A stretch of DNA of 24,563 nt from a virus (Duplodnaviria; Caudoviricetes): IMG/VR virus record IMGVR_UViG_3300031823_000107, positions 1 to 24,563 of that record; one strand, given 5' to 3'. Shown in pieces: positions 1 through 8,216 of this stretch. Below the pieces are notes generated by a model that had not been told where the DNA came from, made no database searches, and worked only from the letters and a program-made list of their open reading frames with translations. Both the position numbers and the translations under genes were made by a program. Numbering within the stretch: position 1 is the stretch's first letter; the number at the start of each line of letters is the position of its first letter.

Positions 1-593
1 TTGCCGTAACTGAGTTCTTTCCACTCGAAAATAGACGAATCGTAAATGAGCGTCAATACTTTTCCAAACTGCAAGGTGCGTGTCGCGGCTCCTAAGTCCA
101 TTCCGGCCGAGGTCCCGCTCGACATGACAAGCGTATTAATCGTTGATGTGGATGTCAGAATTAATAACTGACCGTTGGTGGCCGTTGCCGTTGAAATACA
201 GGGGATAGCGGCGTTTCCAGGCAACATCGGGGTCGCAATCCCACACGTCACCACGGCTCCGGTGGATAAAACCTGAAGGTAAGTCGATGTAGGAGAAATG
301 ACGGTGATGGTTGTGATCCCGACTACCACCTGGGGCGGATACACCGTGATGCCCGAGGTCGTTCCATTTCCCGCGACCGAAATACTCCCGGCAAAGTTAC
401 TGGTTCCTGTACCGCTCGAGGTAATCACGCCGTTTGACGTCGCGTTTCCCGACGCATCAATGCGCCATTGCGTAGTCAAGTTGGCGGTCGGTCCTGTGAC
501 ATAACACTCTAAATCCGTCTTGGTACAAATGCTCGTCGCATAGAGTGGCATAGCGAGCAAATCCACCAATAGTAAAACGAGTAACTCTTTCAT
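1..593 (-). CDS. Thr/Ser/Gly-rich beta-strand putative virion protein with signal-peptide-like N-terminus (3' end outside window)
   Basis: Absent from the ORF track; translated by hand. ATG at 593 with AAAGGA SD, open to the window edge: MKELLVLLLVDLLAMPLYATSICTKTDLECYVTGPTANLTTQWRIDASGN...LTLIYDSSIFEWKELSYG. Lies in the structural operon. Confidence 0.75.
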   Translation of the reverse strand, partial: MKELLVLLLVDLLAMPLYATSICTKTDLECYVTGPTANLTTQWRIDASGNATSNGVITSSGTGTSNFAGSISVAGNGTTSGITVYPPQVVVGITTITVISPTSTYLQVLSTGAVVTCGIATPMLPGNAAIPCISTATATNGQLLILTSTSTINTLVMSSGTSAGMDLGAATRTLQFGKVLTLIYDSSIFEWKELSYG

Positions 594-613
594 GGTGTAC
601 GTCCTTTCGATCG

Positions 614-1195
614 TTAGTCCGGCCGGATTAGCTCCAAGCTGTGAGCATAGGGATCATCAGGCTCGAGACGCTTTTTGAGTTCCTGGTATTCATGGCACAA
701 GGCCCCATATTGTTCCTGAAACTTGACGTTATGACGAACCGCTTGCTGGGCTTCTACCGACCCGGTCTTCGGCCACATCTCATGTTTGGTCGGCATTTCC
801 TTCTGGAGGATGGCGGTGATCTCTTTGAGTCGGGCGTTGAGTCGATCCTTCTCAGAATCCCGGGCCGTTAAATCTTCGTCATGACCCAAGATCATTTTGT
901 TACGATCATAACGCGCTTTGACCGATGCCAAGTCCACAGTCTGGCTTTTGAGTTGGTTTTCCGGTTGCGTACTTCCTAACAAGATCGCTTCATCTTCCTC
1001 TACTTGACGACGCAAGTTCGACCGGTCCGATTCTTCCAGTTTGCGGTCCCCTCGCCCGATTTTTTCTTCCTGAGACACTTGTTTTGTCGGGTCCGGACCT
1101 TTTCCCTGTTTCTCTAATTCCCGTTTCTTCACTAAGGCCTCACGCATCCGGGCCATACGTTCGTACATCGCCGCCTGTTTCTGTTTTTCGTCCAT
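614..1195 (-). CDS. Hypothetical charged/coiled-coil protein directly downstream of the major capsid gene
   Basis: Start moved to MDEKQKQ (ATG 1195), which has a GGAGG SD and removes the overlap with the capsid gene; 193 aa. Confidence 0.75.
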   Translation of the reverse strand: MDEKQKQAAMYERMARMREALVKKRELEKQGKGPDPTKQVSQEEKIGRGDRKLEESDRSNLRRQVEEDEAILLGSTQPENQLKSQTVDLASVKARYDRNKMILGHDEDLTARDSEKDRLNARLKEITAILQKEMPTKHEMWPKTGSVEAQQAVRHNVKFQEQYGALCHEYQELKKRLEPDDPYAHSLELIRPD

Positions 1196-1214
1196 GTGAT
1201 CCTCCAGGTTTAGT

Positions 1215-2108
1215 TTAAGCGTTCTCAGCATATAACCACCGCCAATCGCTCCAGCCGTAGCTATAACGCATATAACCGGCAAAGAGGGCGACTAAGGTGG
1301 AAAAATCCGTATCCTTAAAAAACTGCGGCAAGATACGGTCCCACCATTTCAGGTACATTTTCATCAGTTTTGAATCAACCAAGAACCACCGTGTCGTCGA
1401 GGACAGGTAGTTCGGCCAGACGACAAGCTTGTAACTCCCGTAATGGAAGTTCACGTTGTTCTGGGCGGTATCTACTTTACCTCGAGACGAGATGATTTCG
1501 TAGGCGTAGCTCTGTAAATCTACGGGCACAATAATCATGTCCGGTTGAATCGTCAGAGGATTTCCGCGGTTTGATTTGTACTTCACCATGTTGATACGCG
1601 CGGTGTCGAGTTCCGTCGGGGATAACGCGGTGGTACCGAGGTTCGATTGACTTGCTCCCCCATTGTTCGAAGGATGCGCCGTGGACCCTAAAGCGACCCC
1701 GTCACCACCAGTGATCCCGGCGACCACCACATTATTAAATAAGGAAGCGGCATCGGTTTCACGTTTCCGGAAGGCGGCCAGTCCCAAGCGCTGGGGCACT
1801 CGGTTAATGACATCGTACAAGTCGTCATCGACCAGCTTCCGTTCGATTTTCATGCCCCGAGCAAACTCCGCATGGACGTAGTTCGTCTTGTAGCCTTCCC
1901 CGGTATCGTCGTAGGGAATGGTTCCCGTAAACGGCGCAAAGTCCGCCACATCTCCCATTTCTAAGTCGTGTTCCTGGGCTTTCCGCGATTCCTTGACCGA
2001 ATACAAAATCGGGGCAATCGCCTGCTGCTGTTCCTGATAGAACGTATCGACGTACACCGTGGCCAGACCGGGTTCTAACAGGTCCGACCAGTTCGCTGAT
2101 GTATACAT
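1215..2108 (-). CDS. Major capsid protein (HK97 fold, Mu gpT-like family)
   Basis: 297 aa with N-terminal ANWSDLLEPGL, 'ERKLVDDDLY', 'QPDMIIVPVDLQ', 'YLSSTTRWFL' and 'RYSYGWSDWR'. GAGGAGG SD. Located after scaffold and decoration genes. Confidence 0.9.
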   Translation of the reverse strand: MYTSANWSDLLEPGLATVYVDTFYQEQQQAIAPILYSVKESRKAQEHDLEMGDVADFAPFTGTIPYDDTGEGYKTNYVHAEFARGMKIERKLVDDDLYDVINRVPQRLGLAAFRKRETDAASLFNNVVVAGITGGDGVALGSTAHPSNNGGASQSNLGTTALSPTELDTARINMVKYKSNRGNPLTIQPDMIIVPVDLQSYAYEIISSRGKVDTAQNNVNFHYGSYKLVVWPNYLSSTTRWFLVDSKLMKMYLKWWDRILPQFFKDTDFSTLVALFAGYMRYSYGWSDWRWLYAENA

Positions 2109-2132
2109 TTAAATCCTCCTCGTAATTAGGTG

Positions 2133-2182
2133 GGTCCTCACCCGAGAGGGAAGTGGGCGTAAACCCTCCCGGGCGATGGACC
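2133..2182 (-). promoter_or_regulatory. Long GC-rich hairpin in the 5' leader of the major capsid gene
   Basis: Minus strand GGTCC-A-TCG-CCCGGGAGGG, 13-nt loop, CCCTCTCGGG-TGA-GGACC (about 18 bp with G-U pairs); no U tract. Confidence 0.6.
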
Positions 2183-2190
2183 GTCAAGGG

Positions 2191-2919
2191 TTAGTTCGCG
2201 TTCAAGAAGATCGAAGCTGTGAAATTGATCATGGCAAAGAACTTGAATCCTGTCGGGAACGTAATTCCGTCGTGCTTGGTGGGATCTAAGAACTGATGAT
2301 CAAATCCCGGAGCCACGACTTTATTTTCCAGTGTCCGAGCTAACCACGACCCTTGAGCCGCTGTCGATCCCAGGATCTTAACGCAGTTGGTCGTTAACGC
2401 CAACTTGGGATCGTAAAGTGGAAGGATCTTAATGACTTTGCTGGCGGTCGTAAACGGAAAGGTCGTGGACTTCGGCGTGTAGGTTCCTGAACTGGAGGAA
2501 TCAATAAATGCCAGATACCCTGTTCCGGGCGCTCCGACGCCTAAGATCCATCCGCCTCCGATATTTTCTCCGGAGGTCACGGTAAACGATGTCGAGGCCA
2601 CCACACTGGCAATAGACAAGTTGGTCGCTTGATCGTACTCCGCTTCCCAGACCCCGAACGGATTGATCGTGCAGTCCGTGAGCAGGTACTTGGTACCGGC
2701 CGTCGGATCATTGTCCAAGGTCGCTGCCGCAAACAAGGATTCCGTTACTCCTAAGAATTTGTTTAAGGTGGATGCTCCGATGATGCCGTAGCCCTGGTTC
2801 GTTCCATCGGTTTCTCCGGCCATCACCACCGCTCCAGCCGGAATGTTTGTGGCATTTCCAAATAAAGGAATAGCCCTCTTTAACTGGGCCCCGCCTGTAA
2901 GGTCATAGGCAAATATCAA
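2191..2919 (-). CDS. Putative capsid decoration/cement protein
   Basis: 242 aa, Gly/Ala/Thr-rich. TTG start with GGAGGT SD. Located between scaffold and capsid genes; 'IPAGAVV...FLGV' pattern. Confidence 0.6.
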   Translation of the reverse strand: MIFAYDLTGGAQLKRAIPLFGNATNIPAGAVVMAGETDGTNQGYGIIGASTLNKFLGVTESLFAAATLDNDPTAGTKYLLTDCTINPFGVWEAEYDQATNLSIASVVASTSFTVTSGENIGGGWILGVGAPGTGYLAFIDSSSSGTYTPKSTTFPFTTASKVIKILPLYDPKLALTTNCVKILGSTAAQGSWLARTLENKVVAPGFDHQFLDPTKHDGITFPTGFKFFAMINFTASIFLNAN

Positions 2920-2985
2920 AGGTACACCTCCAAATAATAATTGAGTTTATGTTAGTTAAGGGAAAGGAAAAGAGGAAGGAACTTC

Positions 2986-3339
2986 TTAGAGACCTTCTAA
3001 ATTGATACCCGACCCGAACCGTTTTCCGCGCAGACGGCCTTCGGGATTTTTTGAGCGGCACAACGGACAGCCACTCCCCATATCATCTTGAGGATTCCCG
3101 AAGGTATCCGACTGCGAAATACCTCGCGGCGGTGTGAACGACTGCGTGGTAGTGGTAATGGACGCATCCAAATTATAAATGTCATCTCCGGTCGCACGCG
3201 TATCCAAGTTCACAATCATTCCACATTGTGCACAGTTGATCCGTCGATCTACCGTATCTCCTGAAGACAGATGCAGATACCGGCTCTGAATAATGGGCTG
3301 TCCGTCTCCTGAAGTCTCTGTCGGGTGTACGTCGTTCAT
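2986..3339 (-). CDS. Hypothetical Zn-binding protein (CAQC...CPLC)
   Basis: 117 aa, two CxxC pairs, ATGA overlap with the scaffold stop. Confidence 0.7.
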   Translation of the reverse strand: MNDVHPTETSGDGQPIIQSRYLHLSSGDTVDRRINCAQCGMIVNLDTRATGDDIYNLDASITTTTQSFTPPRGISQSDTFGNPQDDMGSGCPLCRSKNPEGRLRGKRFGSGINLEGL

Positions 3340-4040
3340 CGTTGTTTATTCATCAAACGTTTGAGTTCCAAATCTGCGGACGAAACAAATTGTCGGTCAT
3401 CGGGAGGTTTCATCTGCCAGACTTCCCGACCGGTTTTCTTGGCCCGGGCATAATCCCGAGCGTTCACACCCAACTTCTGAGCGACAAATTCTTCGGTTTC
3501 AGACAACTTTTCGTCTTCCGGACGTTCTCCCGGTTCTGGAGCCCCGGACGAGGGTTCAGACCCCGTGTACCCGGGTCCGCGCGAGATGCGAGGACTTTCA
3601 ACGCCGGGTTCCTTGGGCGTGGGTTTCGGTTGGGAATCCGCGTGTTTACCTTTCACGAAGTAGTAGATCTTCTCCATAATATCCGGGGTGCGTCTTTCTT
3701 GCGGATAGATCGAGAGTTCCTGCTCAATTTCTTTCCGGTAGTTTTCGAGATCGGATTTCTTCTCAAGCCGATTCCATCCGGTTTGTTCAATCACCGGCGC
3801 TTGATTCTTTAAAATCATCTGTTCGTGGGCGGCCATCTGGTCATCATTAAATCCCAGACGCTTCTGGAGATCCGCCCGTTGATCGGCGTAGGAAGGTACT
3901 GTCGGAGCCCGAGGGGTTTCCTCCTTTGGAGGTTCCTGCATGGCATCCAATTTTGATTTCACATCCTCCAGGACTTTCTTTACTTCCGGAGGTAAGTTAC
4001 CTTCTTCTTTTTTAGGATCTTCTTTTCCGTCAGTCGTCAT
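3336..4040 (-). CDS. Putative capsid scaffolding protein
   Basis: 234 aa, highly charged, helical core, Pro/Gly/Glu linker and C-terminal 'LSETEEFVAQKLGVNARDYARAK', typical of scaffold C-termini. Strong SD; lies between portal and capsid genes. Confidence 0.7.
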   Translation of the reverse strand: MTTDGKEDPKKEEGNLPPEVKKVLEDVKSKLDAMQEPPKEETPRAPTVPSYADQRADLQKRLGFNDDQMAAHEQMILKNQAPVIEQTGWNRLEKKSDLENYRKEIEQELSIYPQERRTPDIMEKIYYFVKGKHADSQPKPTPKEPGVESPRISRGPGYTGSEPSSGAPEPGERPEDEKLSETEEFVAQKLGVNARDYARAKKTGREVWQMKPPDDRQFVSSADLELKRLMNKQR

Positions 4041-4111
4041 CGTCGTCTCCCTCCTCGTCCGTTTCTAGAATCGGTCCTTCTTCGCCACTCGGTTCCCAGA
4101 GGTCCCAGCGT

Positions 4112-4558
4112 TCATGGTACCACATGGTCCACATTGTTTCCACCCTCAGTCATAGCCAGTAATTGAGCTTTGAGTTCCGGTAACTTGATCCGGGCTTGAG
4201 AGGCCAGCATCAAAATACGGGCCGGTTCTTTCGTCCAATTTTTGAGTTCTTCCCGCTGGATCTGATGGCGTTTAATAAATCCGATCCATTCCTCCGATGA
4301 GGACACTACCACTTCACCGCGGGCATCGTGTTTGACATAAGTGTTCGGGGGCGCTTCCATCAACATCAATAACCCAAACTGGATCTCCCGGTCATGCAAA
4401 GAGACCACCGTTTCTAAATCCGACAGATACGCTTTCCAATCGGGGTTATCGTTTAAGCGTTCGTATGTCTCGGCTTTCGAGATGGCTTCTTCACAGAGAC
4501 GAATCCCGTTTGAAATCTCGTCAATCTTAAGTTGTTTTTTGCTGGCTTCGGTCAACAT
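4112..4558 (-). CDS. Hypothetical helical protein coupled to the portal gene
   Basis: 148 aa, TAATG overlap with the portal stop; 'LNDNPDWKAYL' resembles small genes that follow podophage-type portals. Confidence 0.7.
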   Translation of the reverse strand: MLTEASKKQLKIDEISNGIRLCEEAISKAETYERLNDNPDWKAYLSDLETVVSLHDREIQFGLLMLMEAPPNTYVKHDARGEVVVSSSEEWIGFIKRHQIQREELKNWTKEPARILMLASQARIKLPELKAQLLAMTEGGNNVDHVVP

Positions 4559-6672
4559 TACTTTTGACTCCTATCGAGTTGGGACGGACGATGATCACTG
4601 GACCCTTGTCGTTTCCCGGACGGTTCTTCCTTTTTCGGTTTTCCGGTTTTTTCCTGGATGCTATCCAACAGGTTCTGGTGCGAGGGAGACCCCTGGGCCA
4701 AAGCGTCCTGCTGTTGCATTTCTTGTAAGAGTTGCGGGAGGGGCGGCAGGAGCTTGGAAATATTTTTCTTGCGTTCCGCGAACATGGTATCGCGGATGAG
4801 TTCATGCCGCCGTTGAATGTTCCCCCCGACCAACGGTTCCTTGCTCCAGAGTTCGTAGTCCGTAAGCGCCCGTTGCAGGACCGAGTCGGGGTTATCTAAC
4901 ACCGAGGTCCGGGCCAGTTCAATCGTCATGTTCCGGTTACGAAGAGACACGCGTTTAATTTCGTTGCGTATCCAGGCATCGGTCGTTTCGTCATAGGAGG
5001 AATACGCCATCACGGTCTCCGGAGAAAACTGGTAATAGAGTTCCAAGACTTGAGAGGCCATTTCAATAAAAGCGGGCCTGAGTTCCCGGATGTATCCGTC
5101 AATGCGCTGATTCGATTGCCCGATTTCAATCTGCTTTTTCTTGCCCGACGCTCGCGGGTCTTTGGGTGCCAGGCCGCGGGAGCCATAGGCCTGGGTCCCG
5201 GTCAACATTTCACCTACCAGAAACAAATTCTGTTCTTCCTGAATCGTGCCCTGGAAATCGACGGTCGTTTCCAACTGTTTTAAGTTGTTCATGTTCGTTA
5301 CAGCAAACCGAACCCCCGGATAGAAATGCTGGGCTTTACGATCGAGTAACCCGATCAGATCGGTTTCCTGGGCGTTAATCACAAAGGACGGCACCGTGGT
5401 AATCGTCCGTGAATCGATGCGCTGGTTATGCTGGGTATTTATTTCTTCGTTGATGTCATATAGCATGTCCATGAAACAACGGCCGAGTAACCGATTGGGT
5501 TTACGCCGGATACGGTGTGGAATATAGTTCGGGCGGTTATGCCAGTAGGGATAGCGCTCGACACGCAGGAGCCGGTTGTGTTCAGGATTGTAGACCACAT
5601 GATACAACTCCTCCTCGTCGTCGTTATTTAAGTCGATCCGTAAATTTCCCCGTACCGAATCGTATTCGTCGGGTTTGGTACGGTTAGAGGAAATCCCTTC
5701 AATGGTATCGAGTTCCTGAGAAATGGAGTCTATCGCCCCGGATTTGCCCGTCGCTTTAATTAACTCGTCGGTCTCCTCTTTATAGAAATGATCACACTTC
5801 GCTTGATAGCGGTACCAGGCTTTTCGTTGACGGAACTGGTCCCCGTGAAAGATGGTGTACTTCAGATCGGGACACGAGACCGGAACCCGGACGAAATCTT
5901 TGAGTTCAACTTCCCGGGCCTTGGGACCCCGGTACCTGACCACCCGTTCGCGGATTTCAAACGGGAGCGATTCATGGCCAATCGCTAGTTGTCCCAGCCA
6001 GCGGTTATAGGTATCTTCCGGGACTCCCGCACTCTTGGCATCCGGAAACATGTTCTGGAAGGTCATGGAATCTTCAAACACTTCGACGCGGTATTCGGTC
6101 GCCAGTTCCTCCACCCAATCCACACACAAAAAGGAAACCGGATCTCGGAACGCGAGCAACACCGCCATGCGCTGTTCTTCTTCTAAATGCAGTTGTTTCT
6201 TAAACACCCAGTTTAACCAATGCTCAATTTTCGGGTCGACGTGTTCTTCCGGATGATCGCGTCGGGAAGGAATCAGTTCCCTTACAAAGTACATCGGATC
6301 AGCATCCAGAGCGGTTGCACAGACAAGATCATAAGCCACCATAATTTGTATCTCGGAATACGGGATATTTAAGTTCGATGCTTCCGGCCAGGGGAACTCT
6401 TTCGGACCGGTGATTCCTTCGAACCGGTCAATCGACCGTAACAACTTATCATTCTGCAGGCGCGTGTTCCGGGTCCATTCCTCGCAGACTTGCTTCATTA
6501 ACGTCTTGATCCGCTCTTTTTGCTCCTCGGTCAATTTCATCAACTGGCGATAGCTGGAGGAATCGAGCTTCGCCAGCTTCACGAGATGTGTCTGCGGTTC
6601 GATTTCCGGTAACCCGGGAGGTGGCGGAACTAACCCCAGGTCCCGCTGGTGCTCTAAAGTGACGCTCGGCAT
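4558..6672 (-). CDS. Portal protein (P22-like)
   Basis: 704 aa. 'FPWPEASNLNIP', 'YPYWHNRPNYI', 'LLGRCFMDMLYDINEEINTQHNQRIDS', Gln-rich C-terminus; between terminase and scaffold. Confidence 0.85.
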   Translation of the reverse strand: MPSVTLEHQRDLGLVPPPPGLPEIEPQTHLVKLAKLDSSSYRQLMKLTEEQKERIKTLMKQVCEEWTRNTRLQNDKLLRSIDRFEGITGPKEFPWPEASNLNIPYSEIQIMVAYDLVCATALDADPMYFVRELIPSRRDHPEEHVDPKIEHWLNWVFKKQLHLEEEQRMAVLLAFRDPVSFLCVDWVEELATEYRVEVFEDSMTFQNMFPDAKSAGVPEDTYNRWLGQLAIGHESLPFEIRERVVRYRGPKAREVELKDFVRVPVSCPDLKYTIFHGDQFRQRKAWYRYQAKCDHFYKEETDELIKATGKSGAIDSISQELDTIEGISSNRTKPDEYDSVRGNLRIDLNNDDEEELYHVVYNPEHNRLLRVERYPYWHNRPNYIPHRIRRKPNRLLGRCFMDMLYDINEEINTQHNQRIDSRTITTVPSFVINAQETDLIGLLDRKAQHFYPGVRFAVTNMNNLKQLETTVDFQGTIQEEQNLFLVGEMLTGTQAYGSRGLAPKDPRASGKKKQIEIGQSNQRIDGYIRELRPAFIEMASQVLELYYQFSPETVMAYSSYDETTDAWIRNEIKRVSLRNRNMTIELARTSVLDNPDSVLQRALTDYELWSKEPLVGGNIQRRHELIRDTMFAERKKNISKLLPPLPQLLQEMQQQDALAQGSPSHQNLLDSIQEKTGKPKKEEPSGKRQGSSDHRPSQLDRSQK

Positions 6673-6848
6673 TAGGTGGGTTTACCGGGATTTTTTCCTG
6701 ACGCCGCACCTTGCCCGGTCGCCTTAGGATTGACCACGTTATGGGTTCGTTCCTTAAACGTCGCACCGAACCGGTTCTTCAGTGTCTGACTAATATGATG
6801 CTTTCCTTCTTCCGGCAACGATTCACTTCTTGGCTGATTCTGTCCCAT
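6672..6848 (-). CDS. Small basic hypothetical protein (LKNRFGA motif)
   Basis: Start moved to MGQNQP (ATG 6848, GGAGGT SD); 58 aa; stop overlaps the portal start. Confidence 0.7.
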   Translation of the reverse strand: MGQNQPRSESLPEEGKHHISQTLKNRFGATFKERTHNVVNPKATGQGAASGKNPGKPT

Positions 6849-6849
6849 G

Positions 6850-7125
6850 TTAGCTATACCTCCGTTTAGTGTAATTTCCTTCGTGCGATTTTCCTTTACT
6901 CGTGCCCCGGTAGACGTCATCGGCTCGCAGCCGGCGGTACTCCACATCCGCCCGGTTTTCTTTGCCGCCGGTGTCGGAGGACCCTCCCGGACTCTTTAAG
7001 GAATCTCCGTGTTTGTACGCTGAGAGTTTATCCGAATGCGTCCGGGACTGTTTGTATTTGGCCCCAAAACGGTTTTTCAAATTCTTGCGCTTGGACGTTC
7101 CCGGTTCCATGGTCATTTCTTTCAT
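6850..7125 (-). CDS. Small basic hypothetical protein (LKNRFGA and NRADVEYRRLR motifs)
   Basis: 91 aa, K/R-rich, GGAG SD, ATGA overlap with the upstream gene. Confidence 0.7.
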   Translation of the reverse strand: MKEMTMEPGTSKRKNLKNRFGAKYKQSRTHSDKLSAYKHGDSLKSPGGSSDTGGKENRADVEYRRLRADDVYRGTSKGKSHEGNYTKRRYS

Positions 7126-7433
7126 AGGCTTCTCCGTTTCATGCGCGAGAGTTCCGAGTCGGCGATCGAAATCACCGCCACCTTCGGGACTTCGTCGTCA
7201 TGGGTGTGATCGGGATGAGCGATCTTCTGGACTTCCACATCCATCGAATGCGACCCGTAGGAATGCGAGAGCGAACACACCCGTCCTCGGACGTGCAGTT
7301 CGATCTCCTCGTCCAAATCCCCTTCCAATCCCGGGAACTGGTCCAGGTCAATAAATAAATGCGGGTAAGAAATCTCCTCTTTAGCCGTGGCTGGCTTACC
7401 CGCCGTTCTAAATTCCATGTCATGAGAGGACAT
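7122..7433 (-). CDS. Small acidic His-rich hypothetical protein with C-terminal SIADSELSRMK motif
   Basis: Start taken at MSSHDM (ATG 7433, AAAGGGG SD); 103 aa; small beta-domain followed by a tail. Confidence 0.7.
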   Translation of the reverse strand: MSSHDMEFRTAGKPATAKEEISYPHLFIDLDQFPGLEGDLDEEIELHVRGRVCSLSHSYGSHSMDVEVQKIAHPDHTHDDEVPKVAVISIADSELSRMKRRSL

Positions 7434-7647
7434 GCAAATCCCCTTTGCCGTTCGAAGGCGGCACAATCAATCCGTCCTGTCCCTTTTTCTTTAAGGCCTG
7501 TCGCATATAATAATTTTTGACGGCGTCCTTGGAAATATCCAACGACCCTAAACACATCGCCGGTACATTGCGTAAATCCAAAACGATCGTCATCGTCGCG
7601 GCCTTATCATCGAATTGAATCGTGTTCGGATAAATCTTTTCGTCCAT
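7420..7647 (-). CDS. Hypothetical protein
   Basis: Start taken at MDEKIYP (ATG 7647), just after the upstream stop; 75 aa. Confidence 0.65.
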   Translation of the reverse strand: MDEKIYPNTIQFDDKAATMTIVLDLRNVPAMCLGSLDISKDAVKNYYMRQALKKKGQDGLIVPPSNGKGDLHVLS

Positions 7648-7648
7648 C

Positions 7649-7849
7649 CTAGTAGTTCCCTTTGTGTTTTGTTTTATATCCTTTTTCACTCGCTTTTTTG
7701 GATTTTGAAAAGTGCATCGGCAATCCCTTGTTCTTGGCTTTTCCTTCTTTTTTTCCTGTCACACTTGAGCTGCCATGGGCCCAGGCTTCGGCCACTTTCG
7801 GTTCGTTGGCCCAAAGGGTTCGCCTCTGGGATTCACTTTTGAACGGCAT
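7649..7849 (-). CDS. Small basic phage protein (MPFKSxxQRR type)
   Basis: 66 aa. MPFKSESQRRTLWANEPKVAEAW resembles a common small phage protein type found near terminase and portal genes. Confidence 0.7.
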   Translation of the reverse strand: MPFKSESQRRTLWANEPKVAEAWAHGSSSVTGKKEGKAKNKGLPMHFSKSKKASEKGYKTKHKGNY

Positions 7850-8003
7850 AGCCGTTTTTCTTTTTCGGCCACTGGACCCCGACCGACTTCTTCATGCGGG
7901 CCAGTTCCTTGTCCGCGGCATTGTCCTCTTGGGCACGCGCCTGATCCGGATCGTACATCCCGACTTCTCCGCGTTCCAGTTTCTTCCTTTTTTTCTTTAC
8001 CAA
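7833..8003 (-). CDS. Small basic hypothetical protein with NAADKELARMK motif
   Basis: Absent from the ORF track (56 aa). TTG at 8003 with GGAGA SD: MVKKKRKKLERGEVGMYDPDQARAQEDNAADKELARMKKSVGVQWPKKKNGYAVQK. Fills the gap in the operon. Confidence 0.7.
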   Translation of the reverse strand: MVKKKRKKLERGEVGMYDPDQARAQEDNAADKELARMKKSVGVQWPKKKNGYAVQK

Positions 8004-8215
8004 TGGATTCTCCGTAAATGGTCTAAAGCGGAATCGGCCTGGTTGCGAAACGGCGTGCCTCCCGAATCATTCGAGACATTCACATGCACATGAACGGACG
8101 GAGGCGGGGTCATCGCCTTCGGTTTCTTTCGCGTCTTTTTTTTTACCCGTTTCTTCGGCGCAGGATCATTTAAGCCCGGTTCCATTAAATCCGGAAAATT
8201 CGATTCGGTCTCCAT
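7997..8215 (-). CDS. Small basic protein with capsid-like N-terminus and scaffold-like C-terminus
   Basis: 72 aa; METESNFPDLMEPGL, Lys-rich middle, C-terminal NQADSALDHLRR. Confidence 0.7.
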   Translation of the reverse strand: METESNFPDLMEPGLNDPAPKKRVKKKTRKKPKAMTPPPSVHVHVNVSNDSGGTPFRNQADSALDHLRRIHW

Positions 8216-8216
8216 A

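Noticed and set aside
2920-2985. Purine/pyrimidine-skewed intergenic tract as a terminator
   Set aside because: No stem precedes it, so no function can be supported from the sequence.
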